NCBI GenBank assembly: GCA_002633005.1
Contig: NMRA01000812.1
Span: 62,001-126,000 of the forward strand
Origin: Phoronis australis
Taxonomy: Eukaryota; Animalia; Phoronida
DNA: 64,000 bases
Direction: 5' to 3'
In this document: positions 1-14,500 of the stretch, piece by piece
Numbering within the stretch: position 1 is the stretch's first letter
Layout of the letters: every line of letters starts with the position of its first letter
The notes under the pieces: generated by a model
What the model was told of the DNA's origin: nothing
The model's input: the letters and a program-made list of their open reading frames with translations, nothing else
Databases searched by the model: none
Made by a program: the position numbers and the translations under genes

Positions 1-2639
1 ATTATGTGCTTTTGTTATACATGTGTTTTAATGAGTTACACCACCAAATTGTATGACCACTAAGGTATGTGTGAATATCTATTATTTGTATTTATGCATG
101 TGAATTTTTTGATAGGCTGTAGGCTCATCCATCATGCAGTCTGTCCTTAATGTTGTCAGAGCAAGAGGAGTCAGCAATATACGTCGTGTCCACGCAACAT
201 TGTCCATGTCATCTGCACACAGCAGGTACTTTAGTGCAGCAGACTTCTTGGATTCAAATGCAAAGATGTTTCTATACCTACATGTCGGTTTAATGTCCAA
301 CAAAATACTGCAAACTTTTATGGCAGTTTGATGTGTGTGTCTAGGCGTTATACTACACACCTGCATAAATTTGTCACTGTCTTACCATCATANTTTGGGG
401 AAACCTACTCGTGTTTCGACTCACTGTCAGCTCGAATCGAGTCATGCTGCAAACAACATTAGTCGATTCCGAGTCTTAAAAATTAACAAGCAAATGCTCC
501 ATTTCATGTCCATCACTCCCCCTGAAATCACTCTTTTACCTCAACGAAATGTTCAACTATGATAATGTATTTGGGGAGTACATGTTGTCACTTGTCGCCT
601 GCAAGTGACAATGTCAAAACAATGAACAGAGGGCTATTTTTCAGCAGCAAACGCAATCCAGTCTCAATAACTTTTCACCCTCACAACATGGTGTGGGCAA
701 ATCCGAAGTATTTTAATACCGTATCTTTGGCATAAATCTGACCTAAGTTGAGATGTCTCAAACATGAAATATGAACTCAAGCTTTAAATTTACTATTTTC
801 ATCAGAATCTCTCCTTATTCATTAAGTAACCTTAACATTTTTCATCTCACAATTTGTCGGGTCAAATATTAATCGAGACTTGACACTGGCAGCTTTTTTC
901 AAGGGGTATTGGAATACGATCGTTTTGCTCATAGTTGTGCTTGTTATTAGCCAATGTTAGGTCAGTTGTGTAAGGGCTCTGTATATTCTTATTTTGCGTG
1001 CAAATTTCTTGTATATTTTACAAATAATCAGGTACTATAAATCTCGACTTCTATTGTGCTTCCTTTGTTTCTTTCCATTGAAAGACTATGTTGTTGTTCA
1101 GGTTTTCAATCGTTCAATTTATTTTTCAGTTTTATTACATTTCATCTGTTGTCTGGCCTGGCACCATGGCCCATGGGTACTATTCATCATATGCACATCA
1201 GTCCAGGAATAGCCGTGACATCTCTGATGAAAAGTGTCTAAAAATTATTCAAATGCTGAGAGGTGAGGTGTTGTCAGATGGCCTGGTCAGTTTTCCAAAA
1301 ATCAAATGGTGGATTGGAAACAAGCATATCGGCCTGCTATAACTGCTTGGTTCGAATGTCACTGACAGGCTGGGTATTAACACAGAAAGGTACTCGCGAT
1401 TTTACAGCAATCGGAATGAAACATCTGACTGATAATGATGAATGACGTAGTTTTGATTATGTGCTTTTGTTATACATGTGTTTTAATGAGTTACACCACC
1501 AAATTGTATGACCACTAAGGTATGTGTGAATATCTATTATTTGCATTTATGCATGTGAATTTTTTTGATAGGCTGTAGCTTCATCCATCATGCAGTCTGT
1601 CCTTAACGTTGTCAGAGCAAGAGGAGTCAGCAATATACGTCGTGTCCACGCAACATTGTCCATGTCATCTGCACACAGCAGGTANCTGTAGCTTCATCCA
1701 TCATGCAGTCTGTCCTTAATGTTGTCAGAGCAAGAGGAGTCAGCAATATACGTCGTGTCCACACAACATTGTCCATGTCATCTGCACACAGCAGGTACTT
1801 TAGGGCAGCAGACTTCTTGGATTCAAATGCAAAGATGTTCCTATACCTACATGTCGGTTTAATGTCCAACAAAATACTGCAAAGTTTTTATGGCAGTTTG
1901 ATGTGTGTTTCTAGGCGTTATACTACACACCTGCATAAATTTGTCACTGTCTTACCATCATACTTGGAGTAAAAAATAATAGGTGAAGTAAATTCTGACT
2001 ATAAGTAACCAATACCTTTTACTGACAGCTTTGATGATACAATTTCCTTATTTGTGTGTGCATTTAGAAGTTGCTGGTGCATACCTAGATAAGATAGATT
2101 TTAGATTAACATTTTCTGGTACGAATTTGATTTCTTGATGACACATTAAAAGTCTACATTCTGGGAAATTAGTGGGAGAAAAACAGTTTGTGAAATTGGC
2201 CGATTGGAATCGGTAAATGATGTACTTGGGGCTGTGATCTTGATCTCAAGCAACTTGAAGAAACTGACTGGAAGCGGATGCGTGCATTTATCATAAGTGT
2301 GACGGACATTAGAAATTCTGTGGTAACCGCAGAGTTTTCCATCGCGTATATCATTCAAAATCATGAATTTTGTGGGTGGTTTTTGAAAATTTCCTCACAT
2401 GTTAAAGTGAAATGCTCTACTAGACGTTAGCAATTGTTGACGAGCAATCACTTGCCTCTTTCAAGAGAAGTGTGAAGTTGTTCCATTATCAGAAATTCAT
2501 GACAAGATATTATGCTGATTTCTTGTGTACTGTTTAACTTATGATTTTTTTCGTTTCCAGCTGCGTTGCGGTGTGGACAAGTCTTCTTCAAGGTTACAAC
2601 ACACACGCTTCTGGTGTTTTCAAACGGCTACCTAACAAT

Positions 2640-3519
2640 GCCAGTTCTTTGGCTCTTGTATATAATAAAATGAGAAAACATGTATTTATAGTCCCTAAAC
2701 TTTCAAGACACTTTGGGAAAAATATTCTGTACAGTTTTATAGACTCTCAGAGTTGTAGATTTTGAAAGCAGTTGCGTATTAGAATACTTTTGGGATTCAG
2801 TAGCGACCTCAGTTATGCCAGCTTTTTGCTTCTCACAGATAACCAAGTTCAGGATTATTTATTTTTGTCTTCAAGGCTTTCTAATCTGTTAAACTTATAC
2901 TAGACAAAGTTCAAAGCGTATACGCGAGATCGTTAACTTGATTTTGAAAGTGATTTTGTTTTGAATATATTGTAAAATTTTTGCAAATTTCTCAGTGATG
3001 TTAGTTTTTTGGCTCTCAAAGGTAATCAAACTAAGGAACATGTGGTCTTGTCTCCAAGACTTTCATTAGACATGAGGAAAATGCACTGTACCATTTTTCG
3101 CAGATGTGCTCCATAAATTGTAGATTTTGAAAGCGATTTTGGTTGGAATATGTAGTAAAATTAGTGCGAATTTGATTATTCGCCCCAGTCATGCTAGCTT
3201 TTTGCTTCTCACAGTTAACAAAGGTAAAGACCATGTGTTTTTGTCTTCCAGATTGTTAAGGAACGTGTGTTTTTGCATTAAAGATTTTCATTAGACATGG
3301 TGAATATGTACTGTACCAACTTTCGCAGATATGCTCCAAAAATTGTAGATTTTGAAGGCGATTCTGTTTTGAGTATGTACTAAAATTTGTGCGAATTTCA
3401 TTATTGGCCCCAGTCATGCTAGCTTTTTGCTTCTCACAGTTTACCAAGTTAAAGACCATGTGTTTTTGTCTTCAAGATTTTCATTAGACATGATGAATAT
3501 ATACTGTTCCAACTTTTGC
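2640..3519. repeat. 192-193 bp satellite array (diverged left edge)
   Basis: Units share the core ttttcattagacatgatgaat...cagatgtgctccaaaaattgtagattttgaaggcgatt. Confidence 0.88.
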
Positions 3520-3599
3520 NAACCGAGCTTTTCTTAGCGCCCTGGGCGGTTATTACGGCGAATACGGTGTCGCGTAAAATTTCTTCCCAGTGATTATAT

Positions 3600-3909
3600 T
3601 TCTTCCCACTCCGACTTTGCGCATGCGCAGATTGGCCAGGAATGTATACATCCGGTTTTGAGAGCGTGAAATAGCTTCCCACGGCAATTCTGTACGCTAC
3701 AGTGAGACATTTGAGTCGTTATCTGCTACGAACACGAATATTTCAGACGTTTTTTTGCAAAGATGCATGGTCGCAAGTACATAGAGAGTGATGTGAATAA
3801 GATTTTGGAGGATGGATCCCTTCCGTTGACTTTGACGAACAATCAGCTCAAGGCTGTACGAAGTTGGGGCAGTCGTGCCAAGGACTTTCGCCGTTTCAGT
3901 TAGGTAAGT
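3600..3909 (+). promoter_or_regulatory. Putative housekeeping-type promoter and first exon
   Basis: Perfect NRF1-type palindrome TGCGCATGCGCA (3618-3629), inverted CCAAT (3631-3635), CpG-richer tract and a strong donor AG|GTAAGT at 3903/3904. Confidence 0.45.
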
Positions 3910-6719
3910 CGACTAAAATTATACTTCAATAATTTAAAAAATACGCGAACTATGCTGAGGCTATATTTGCTATAATAACTACCAGGCAAGCCCTGCAGTG
4001 ATTAAGATATTACTAAAGTAAACACTTAAGTTGGTTGTCACTGTTGTTACCAGTTCTCATCTCATGGAGAATATTGTACAGTTGTTATTCAGCAGTTAAT
4101 GGATTTTGTGCCATTTAGTACTCATCTTGTTGTAATGCCTTCCTTTATTACTTATTGAGTTTAGCAACAGTTCATAACATTTCTCTTGTAGTTGTGGTGT
4201 GTATGCTATTGCATGCTGTTGTACCTCATTAACCGCTGATGAAGACTCCACAGTAATAGAAGCATGATGCCAAAAGCTTGTCTTGCTGCATGCCTTCAAT
4301 TCGGTATAGTATAATCTGCGGAACTGGGTGTTTGTACGGAAAACTTCTTCATGATGAGTCATACATTCTAATGTGTTCAGTGTCCTGAAATTAAGTTGTG
4401 ATATCTGATGGTGCTACTACGGACTGGATCAGGATTTGCCTGCATTAGAATAATTAGGTCATTCTAATATGGACAGTCTAGGCTTGTGCTAGCCGTTTGC
4501 CACCATTGGTGAATTCTGAGTGGCACTGGCGATGGTATAGCTAAGTCCATTCGCCAACTTGGCAAATGAGTTTGCAGCTTCAAAAATAAATTTTGGGGAA
4601 ACCTACTCATGTTTCGACTCACTGTCAGCTCGAATCGAGTCATGCTGCAAACAACATTAGTCGATTTGGAGTCTTAAAAATTAACAAGCAAATGCTCCAT
4701 TTCATGTCCATCACTCCCCCTGAAATCACTCTTTTACCTCAACGAAATGTTCAACTGGGGATTACATGTTGTCACTTGTCGCCTGCAAGTGACAATGTCA
4801 AAACAATGAACTGAGGGCTATTTTTTCAGCAGCAAACGCAATCCAATCTCAATAACTTTTTACCCTCACAACATGGTGTGGGCGAATCCGAAGTATTTTA
4901 ATACCGTATCTTTGGCATAAATCTGACCTAAGTTGTGATGTCTCAAACATGAAATATGAACTCAAGCTTTAAATTTACTATTTCCATCAGAATCTCTCCT
5001 TATTCATTAAGTAACCTTAACATTTTTCATCTCACAATTTGTCGGGTCAAGTATTAATCGAGACTTGACACTGGCAGCTTTTTTCAAGTATTGGAATACG
5101 ATCGTTTTGCTCATAGTTGTGCTTGTTATTAGCCAATGTTAGGTCAGTTGTGTAAGGGCTCTGTATATTCTTATTTTGCGTGCAAATTTCTTGTATATTT
5201 TACAAATAGTAAGGTACTATAAATCTCGACTTCTATTGTGCTTCCTTTTTTTCTTTCCATTGAAAGACTATGTTGTTGTTCAGGTTTTCAATCGTTCAAT
5301 TTGTTTTTCAGTTTTATTACATTTCATCTGTTCTCTGACCTGGCACCATGGCCCATGGGTACTATTCATCATATGCACATCAGTCCAGGAATAGCCGTGA
5401 CATCTCTGATGAAAAGTGTCAAAAATGATTCAAATGCTGAGAGGTGAGGAGTTGTCAGATGGCCTGGTCAGTTTTCCCAAAATCAAATGGTGGATTGGAA
5501 ACAAGCATATCAGCCTGCTATAACTGCTTGGTTCGAATGTCACTGACAGGCTGGGTATTAACACAGAAAGGTACCGCGATTTTACAGCAATCGAAATGAA
5601 ACATCTGACTGATAATGATGAATGACGTAGTTTTAATTATGTGCTTTTGTTATACATGTGTTTTAATGAGTTACATCACCAAATTGTATGACCATCAAGG
5701 TATGTGTGAATATCTATTATTTGTATTTATGCATGTGAATTTTTTTGATAGGCTGTAGCTTCATCCATCATGCAGTCTGTCCTTAATGTTGACAGAGCAA
5801 GAGGAGTCAGCAATATACGTCGTGTCCACGCAACATTGTCCATGTCATCTGCACACAGCAGGTACTTTAGTGCAGCAGACTTCTTGGATTCAAATGCAAA
5901 GATGTTCCTATACCTACATGTCGGTTTAATGTCCAACAAAATACTGCAAACTTTTTATGGCAGTTTGATGTGTGTGTNNNNNNNNNNNNNNNNNNNNNNN
6001 NNNNNNNNNNNNNNNNNNNNNNNNNNNNNNNNNNNNNNNNNNNNNNNNNNNNNNNNNNNNNNNNNNNNNNNNNNNNNNNNNNNNNNNNNNNNNNNNNNNN
6101 NNNNNNNNNNNNNNNNNNNNNNNNNNNNNNNNNNNNNNNNNNNNNNNNNNNNNNNNNNNNNNNNNNNNNNNNNNNNNNNNNNNNNNNNNNNNNNNNNNNN
6201 NNNNNNNNNNNNNNNNNNNNNNNNNNNNNNNNNNNNNNNNNNNNNNNNNNNNNNNNNNNNNNNNNNNNNNNNNNNNNNNNNNNNNNNNNNNNNNNNNNNN
6301 NNNNNNNNNNNNNNNNNNNNNNNNNNNNNNNNNNNNNNNNNNNNNNNNNNNNNNNNNNNNNNNNNNNNNNNNNNNNNNNNNNNNNNNNNNNNNNNNNNNN
6401 NNNNNNNNNNNNNNNNNNNNNNNNNNNNNNNNNNNNNNNNNNNNNNNNNNNNNNNNNNNNNNNNNNNNNNNNNNNNNNNNNNNNNNNNNNNNNNNNNNNN
6501 NNNNNNNNNNNNNNNNNNNNNNNNNNNNNNNNNNNNNNNNNNNNNNNNNNNNNNNNNNNNNNNNNNNNNNNNNNNNNNNNNNNNNNNNNNNNNNNNNNNN
6601 NNNNNNNNNNNNNNNNNNNNNNNNNNNNNNNNNNNNNNNNNNNNNNNNNNNNNNNNNNNNNNNNNNNNNNNNNNNNNNNNNNNNNNNNNNNNNNNNNNNN
6701 NNNNNNNNNNNNNNNNNNN

Positions 6720-8990
6720 TTTGAGAAAAATATTCTGTACAGTTTTATAGACTCCCATAGTTGTAGATTTTGAAAGCAGTTGCGTATTAGAATACTTTTG
6801 GCATTCAGTTGCGGCCTCAGTTATGCTAGCTTTTTGCTTCTCACAGATAACCAAGTTCAGGATTATTTGTTTTTGTCTTCAAGGCTTTCATTAGACAATT
6901 TGAATATGATCTGTTTCAAGTTTCGCATATGCGCTCTAGCAATTGTTGATTTTGAAAGTGATTTTGGTTTGAATATATTGTAAAATTTTTGCAAATTTCG
7001 TTATTGGCCTCAGTGATGTTAGTTTTTTGGCTCTCAAAGGTAATCAAATTAAGGAACATGTGGTCTTGTCTCCAAGACTTTCATTAGACATGATGAATAT
7101 GCACCGTACCATTTTTCGCAGATGTGCTCCAAAAATTGTAGATTTTGAAAGCGATTTTGGTTTGAGTATGTAGTAAAACTAGTGCGAATTTGATTATTGG
7201 CCCCAATCATGCTAGCTTTTTGCTTCTCACAGTTAACCAAGTTAAAGACCATGTGTTTTTGTCTTCAAGATTTTCATTAGACATGATGAATATATGCTTT
7301 TCCAACTTTCGCAGATGTGCTCCACAAATTGTAGATTTTGAAGGCGATTTTGTTTTGGGTATGTACTAAAATTTTTTGAATTTCATAATCGGCCTCAGTG
7401 ATGTTAGTTTTTTGGCTCTCAAAGGTATTCAAGTTAAGGAATGTGTGTTTTTGCAATAAAGATTTTCATTAGACATGATGAATATGTACTTTACCAACTT
7501 TTGCAGATGTGCACCAAAAATTGTAGATTTTGAAGGCGATTCTGTTTTGAGTATGTACTAAAATTTGTGCGAATTTCATTGTTGGCCTCAGTGATGTTAG
7601 TTTTTTGGCTCTCAAACGTAATCAAGTTAAGGAACATATGGTTTTGTCTCCAAAATTTTCATTAAACATGATGAATATGCACTGTAACATTTTTCGCAGA
7701 TGTGCTCCAAAAATTGTAGATTTTGAAAGCGATTTTGGTTTGAATATATAGTAAAATTTGTGCAAATTTCATTATTGGCCCCAGTCATGCTAGCTTTTTG
7801 CTTTTCACTGTTAACTAAGTTAAGGACCATGTGTTTTTGTCTTCAAGATTTTCATTAGACATGATGAATATGTACTTTACCAACTTTCGCAGATGTGCAC
7901 CAAAAATTGTAGATTTTGAAGGCGATTGTGGTTTGAGTATGCAGTAAAATTAGTGCGAATTTGATTATTGGCCCCAGTCATGCTAGCTTTTTGCTTCTCA
8001 CAGTTAACCAAGTTAAAGACCATGTGTTTTTGTCTTCAAGATTTTCATTAGACATGATGAATATATACTTTTCCAACTTTCGCAGATGTGCTCCACAAAT
8101 TGTAGATTTTGAAGGCGATTTTGTTTTGAGTATGTACTAAAATTTTTCGAATTTCATTATCGGCTTTAGTGATGTTAGTTTTTTGGCTCTCAAAGGTAAT
8201 CAAGTTAAGGAACATGTGTTTTTGCATTAAAGATTTTCATTAGACATGCTAAATATGTACTTTCCCAACTTTTGCTGATGTGCACCAAAAATTGTAGATT
8301 TTGAAGGTGATTCTGTTTTGAGTATGTAGTAAAATTTGTGCGAATTTCATTATTGCCCTCAGTCATGCTAGCTTTTTGCTTTTCACTGTTAACTAAGCTA
8401 ATGACCATGTGTTTTTGTCTTCAAGATTTTCATTAGACATGATGAATATATACTTTACCAACTTTCGCAGATGTGCTCCACAAATTGTAGATTTTGAAGG
8501 CGATTTTGTTTTGAGTATGTACTAAAATTTTTCGAATTTCATTATCGGCTTCAGTGATGTTAGTTTTTTGGCTCTCAAAGGTAATCAAGTTAAGGAACAT
8601 GTGGTCTTGTCTCCAAGACTTTCATTAGACATGAGGAATATATACTTTAGTAACTTTCGCAAATGTGCTCCAAAAATTGTAGATTTTGAAGGCGATTTTG
8701 GTTTGAGAATGTAGAAAAATTTGTGCGAATTCCATTATTGGCCCCAGACAGGCTAGCTTTTTGCTTCTCATAGTTAACCAAGTTAAAGACCATGCGTTTT
8801 TATCTTCAAGACGTTGATTAGATATGATGAATATGTATTGTTCCAAGTTTCGTAGATGTGCTATAAAATTGGAAGATTTTGAAATCGATTTTGGTCCAAG
8901 TTTGTAGAAAAATTCTGACTGTGACTCCTATGCTAGGTTTTTGGCTTTCATATTTTATCAAGTTATAGAACACCTGTTTTCTTGTAAAAT
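6720..8990. repeat. 192-193 bp satellite array, about 11 units, two subtypes
   Basis: Equivalent positions at 7252, 7830 and 8408 are 578 bp (3 units) apart. Confidence 0.93.
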
Positions 8991-11118
8991 ATTTACTGTC
9001 TTCTTAGTAAATGAAAACTTGTCTGTGCATGTTTCACTGCTAACCAATAAATGTATAGGTAATTTAAACGTTTGATTGGGATTCTTTGATGAATGAACTT
9101 AACCTCCACACAGAAAATTGAGGGCATAGTAATTCTTCAACTTCAATTATGTCACACAACTTTTTCAGGTAAAGTTCATTTCGTTTATGGGCCTACAAAG
9201 CATTCTGGGCTTAGAAAAATCAGTTATCTTTACAGTGATGTATATAAATTGGCAAATGCATTGAGATAATTCCTTGAGGCGCATTTTAAACTGGATTGAT
9301 AACCCGAAAAAAAGTGGGAGACATTAAATATTAATCCAAAATCGATGGAATATCACTAATGTTGGGGTCTGTAATAAAGCAGTGTTTAAATAAACACTCA
9401 TGCAACCCATATATACATAAAGAGTAGACCCCTATGCCTTTGCTTTATGAAGAAAAAAAGAAGCGTCAGTTCCAGTCTTTCTGGTGCGAGCCTGAATAAA
9501 TCACATTTCGGGTACNGTCAGTTCCAGTCTTTCTGGTGCGAGCCAGAATAAATCACATTTCGGGTACGTTGAAATGTATTCAGTTTGGCGTTGTAAGTGA
9601 TTTACATCAGACCCGTGGGCTGACTGAAGGAGACGTCTCTCGCAAAATAACTATGAAAAAGAAATCTCCTTTAATGGATATTAGACCCGTGATCAACCAA
9701 GTCTTATAAGCAGTTTTACATAAACGTTTAACTAAAAATAGGATACTATATTCTCAAGTTTTGCGAAAGTTACACGGGCCTTCAATTTCTTTGGTCAAGA
9801 AATAATTTTATTCGACAATTTTAGTCTGCGAATTGTCAAGACATTTTTGATAGGCCTACAAATTGATAACTTTGTTTTGTTATATGATTTGATAGGCATC
9901 TTAATTATTTCAATCCACGCAGGATTCTCGTTCGTCTTGTTCCCGCATGCAGTAAGTAATTCCTACTGCATAAATATTTGTAAGTTCCTCGATATACTAC
10001 ACTATCATTACAGACTTTAAAAGCAGTATTGTTCGTCAAGGATTGAACTTAGGCTTCACTTCGGAGCNTTGTTCCCGCATGCAGTAAGTAATTCCTACTG
10101 CATAAATATTTGTAAGTTCCTTGATATACTACACTATCATTACAGACTTTAAAAGCAGTATTGTTCGTCAAGGATTGAACTTAAGCTTCACTTCGGAGCG
10201 ATCCATGCGCTCAGGGCACATTCAAACATTTTTAATCTGAAATGTCCTTGGCGAATTGTTTACTGAGCAAGAAAGAATAAATACAATTAGTACAAATTTT
10301 ACCCACTGTAGCTGTCATGGGCCTTTTTCCTACGGCGTGTGATTTTGTGAAATGGTCTTAGAGTTGATCACGATTAAAAGCGAAACAATGAAGTATGTTG
10401 GGTTGGAATTGACTCGTCAACGTGTGTCCTAAGTACCTGTACCACAAACAACTCTCACTGAAATCTTTACTTCCAAGGCCTATCAATAAATTTGGGCAGA
10501 AATTTAATCAATTAAAACGCGCAGTGTCAAAATTAGTTGACCTAAGAAAAGCTAGCAACGATGCTTGTAAGTCTTTGTATATGTTCAGTTTTAAAGTTAT
10601 CTATTATTAAGTGGAGCCAACATTATGCAGCCATCTATTCATTTCTTCATGGATTAGTTCTTACTTCATTACATTCATGTTTCCTTTCCTTGCTTCCTAT
10701 AGATTTGAGTTGACTTGATAGATCCTCTGTTATGTTAAATGTCTACAGGAGTTAGTGAGAGTGATAACCTATTGTATTCTCATACTTGTAGGGGCTTAAA
10801 TTCTTAATCCTATAGTCACCAGCCTCTATTGTTAAGTCTTGACTTGATTCACAAACAACACAGCCTAAGCTTCTCACTCACTGATTAGTTTTGTATTTGG
10901 CGAACATTCATGGACTAAGTTCACTTGCAATATCTTTATACTATCCACGGCTTGGAATTTTCCTCCTTTAAGGTGATTTCCTCTTTTTTGTCATTCAGAT
11001 CAGTTTCACAACATCGCACCAGTCTATGTCTTAGTGGAGTGATGCATCACCTGGGAAATTTTCCTCTTTTTTGTCATTGGTGATTGCAAGTCCTAGTAAT
11101 TATCACGCCAGAAGCTTN

Positions 11119-11590
11119 GCGATTTTGTTTTGAGTATGTACTAAAATTTTTTGAATTTCATTATCGGCCTCAGTGATGTTAGTTTTTTGGCTCTTAAAGG
11201 TAACTAAGCTAATGACCATGTGTTTTTGTCTTCAAGATTTTCATTAGACATGATGAATATGTACTTTACCAACTTTTGCTGAAGTGCTGCAGCAATTGTA
11301 GATTTTGAAGGCGATTTTGGTTTGAGAATGAAGAAAAATTTGTGCGAATTCCATTATTGGCCCCAGTCAGGCTAGCTTTTTACTTCTCATAGTTAACCAA
11401 GTTAAAGACCATGCGTTTTTATCTTCAAGACTTTGATTAGATATGGTGAATATGTATTGTTCCAAGTTTCGTAGATGTGCTATAAAATTGGAAGATTTTG
11501 AAATCGATTTTGGTCTAAGTTTGTAGAAAAATTCTGTGACTCCTGTGCTAGGTTTTTGGCTTGCATATTTTATCAAGTTATAGAACACCT
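11119..11590. repeat. 192-193 bp satellite, right-edge units
   Basis: Same unit, followed by the same unique flank as the array ending near 8990. Confidence 0.88.
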
Positions 11591-14500
11591 GTTTTCTTGT
11601 AAAATATTTTCTTAGTAAATGAAAACTTGTCTGTGCATGTTTCACTGCCAACCAATAAATGTATATTAAACGTTTGACTGGGATTCTTTGATGAATGAAC
11701 TTAACCTCCACACAGAAAATTGAGGGCATAGTAATTCTTCAACTTCAATTATGTCACACAACATTTTCAGGTAAGGTTCATTTCGTTTATGGGCCTACAA
11801 AGAATTCTGGGCTTAGAAAAATCAGTTATCTTTACAGTGATGTATATAAATTGGCAAATGCATTGAGATAATTCCTTGAGGTGCATGTTTAAACTGGATT
11901 GATAACCCGAAAATAAGTGGGAGACATTAAATATTAAACCAAAATCGATGGAATATCACTAATGTTGGGGCCTGTAATAAAGCAGTGTTTAAATAAACAC
12001 TCATGCACACCCATATATACATAAAGAGTAGATCCCTATGGCTTTGCTTTATGAAGAAAAAAAGAAGCGTCAGTTCCAGTCTTTCTGGTGCCAGCCAGAA
12101 TAAATCACATTTCGGGTACGTTGAATTATATTCAGTTTGGCGTTATAAGTGATTTACATCAGACCCGTGGGCTGACAATTTTCCGTCAGGAGACGTCTCT
12201 CGCAAAATAACTATGAAAAAGAAATCTCCTTTATTTGATATTAGACCCGTGATCAACCAAGTCTTATAAACAGTTTTACATAAACGTTTAACTAAAAATA
12301 GGATACTAAATTCTCAAGTTTTGCGAAAGTTACACGGGCCTTCAATTTCTTTGGTCAAGAAATAATTTCATTCGACATTTTTAGTCTGCGAATTGTCAAG
12401 ACATTTTTGATAGGCCTACAAATTGATAACTTTGTTTTGTTATATGATTTGATAGGCATCTTATTTCAATCCACGCAGGATTCTCGTTCGTCTTGTTCCC
12501 GCATGCAGTAAGTAATTCCTACTGCATAAATATTTGTAAGTTCCTTGATATACTACACTATCATTACAGACTTTAAAAGCAGTATTGTTCGTCAAGGATT
12601 GAACTTAAGCTTCACTTCGGAGCGATCCATGCGCTCAGGGCACATTCAAACATTTTTAATCTGAAATGTCCTTGGCGAATTGTTTACTGAGCAAGAAAGA
12701 ATAAATACAATTAGTACAAATTTTACCCACTGTAGCTGTCATGGGCCTTTTTCCTACGGCGTGTGATTTTGTGAAATGGTCTTAGAGTTGATCACGATTA
12801 AAAGCGAAACAATGAAGTATGTTGGGTTGGAATTGACTCGTCAACGTGTGTCCTAAGTACCTGTACCACAAACAACTCTCACTGAAATCTTTACTTCCAA
12901 GGCCTATCAATAAATTTGGGCAGAAATTTAATCAATTAAAACGCGCAGTGTCAAAATTAGTTGACCTAAGAAAAGCTAGCAAGGATGCTTGTAAGTCTTT
13001 GTATATGTTCAGTTTTAAAGTTATCTATTATTAAGTGGAGCCAACATTATGCAGCCATCTATTCATTTCTTCATGGATTAGTTCTTACTTCATTACATTC
13101 ATGTTTCCTTTCCTTGCTTCCTATAGATTTGAGTTGACTTGATAGATCCTCTGTTATGTTAAATGTCTACAGGAGTTAGTGAGAGTGATAACCTATTGTA
13201 TTCTCATACTTGTAGGGGCTTAAATTCTTAATCCTATAGTCACCAGCCTCTATTGTTAAGTCTTGACTTGATTCACAAACAACACAGCCTAAGCTTCTCA
13301 CTCACTGATTAGTTTTGTATTTGGCGAACATTCATGGACTAAGTTCACTTGCAATATCTTTATACTATCCACGGCTTGGAATTTTCCTCCTTTAAGGTGA
13401 TTTCCTCTTTTTTGTCATTCAGATCAGTTTCACAACATCGCACCAGTCTATGTCTTAGTGGAGTGATGCATCACCTGGGAAATTTTCCTCTTTTTTGTCA
13501 TTGGTGATTGCAAGTCCTAGTAATTATCACGCCAGAAGCTTTTAAAACACGAATATGTTTTTCTCTCTGAAGCACCTCGGGTTTTTTAATTCATAAGAAA
13601 ACCCACAAAACTTAAATAATTCTGAATGGAGTCTGTACTGAAATGAATTTTGAAAATGAACCTAGCACTGGGCTGTCTGTCAGTAGATACTTAGCGATAT
13701 TAAAACCTGCCAATACTTTCTGAGAATAACAGCCTGCCATGTCATTGAGCGAAACTACAACCCGGAAAACTGCCTTTCTCCTCCGTTAGCTGTGCTGTAT
13801 AGGTCAGCTGAGTGAGCGGTATGCAGTACACAATAGAGGTACAGTATTAATAGCACCTAACCCACAACGAAGCAGTGACTCGGGGAAAAAGCCAGATGCA
13901 CGTTGACCTTTGTCCAGTGCATGCCCACGTGCCTGTCAAGGCGTATTCAATTTTCGGATATTCTTGAGATACGATAGAGAATGTCATGAATTGACGAAAT
14001 AATCATAAACAGTGAAAATAACTTGCATGTACTTATCTTTTCATTGTTTCATACCCGCAATGCCTTCAAAAAAAGTCTTCAACTCTCTTTACAAACGACT
14101 CTGAGGATCAATGATCTTAATTCAGTGTACAAACTACTGTAGACGCACACAAAACGACATTATCCGCCCTCATGTGAACGACTGCCTCCACAGAACGGCC
14201 GGGCTCGTACATATGTATGTTAGTACACAATTTTCCCTTAGATATACATAATGGTTAATTACTAATGGCAGGTGACTGACCAATTCTAAGTGCACTCTAA
14301 TTATAACAAGTCCGCTATGAAATCCTCAGTCGGTTATAATATTTTTCGACACATCTCAATGGCCGGTACTTGTATTATTGCCAGCACGAAACTATATCAG
14401 TAACTGACGAACGAACCATTCTTTGTGGTACGAAATTAAAACAGTTTTTTTGTGTTTTGACCAGCGTACGTGAAATTATTAGTATATTCCGTCAGTGGCT

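Noticed and set aside
5770-6854. Long ORFs spanning N runs (also near 30554-30886 and 42227-43114)
   Set aside because: Artefacts of translating gaps.
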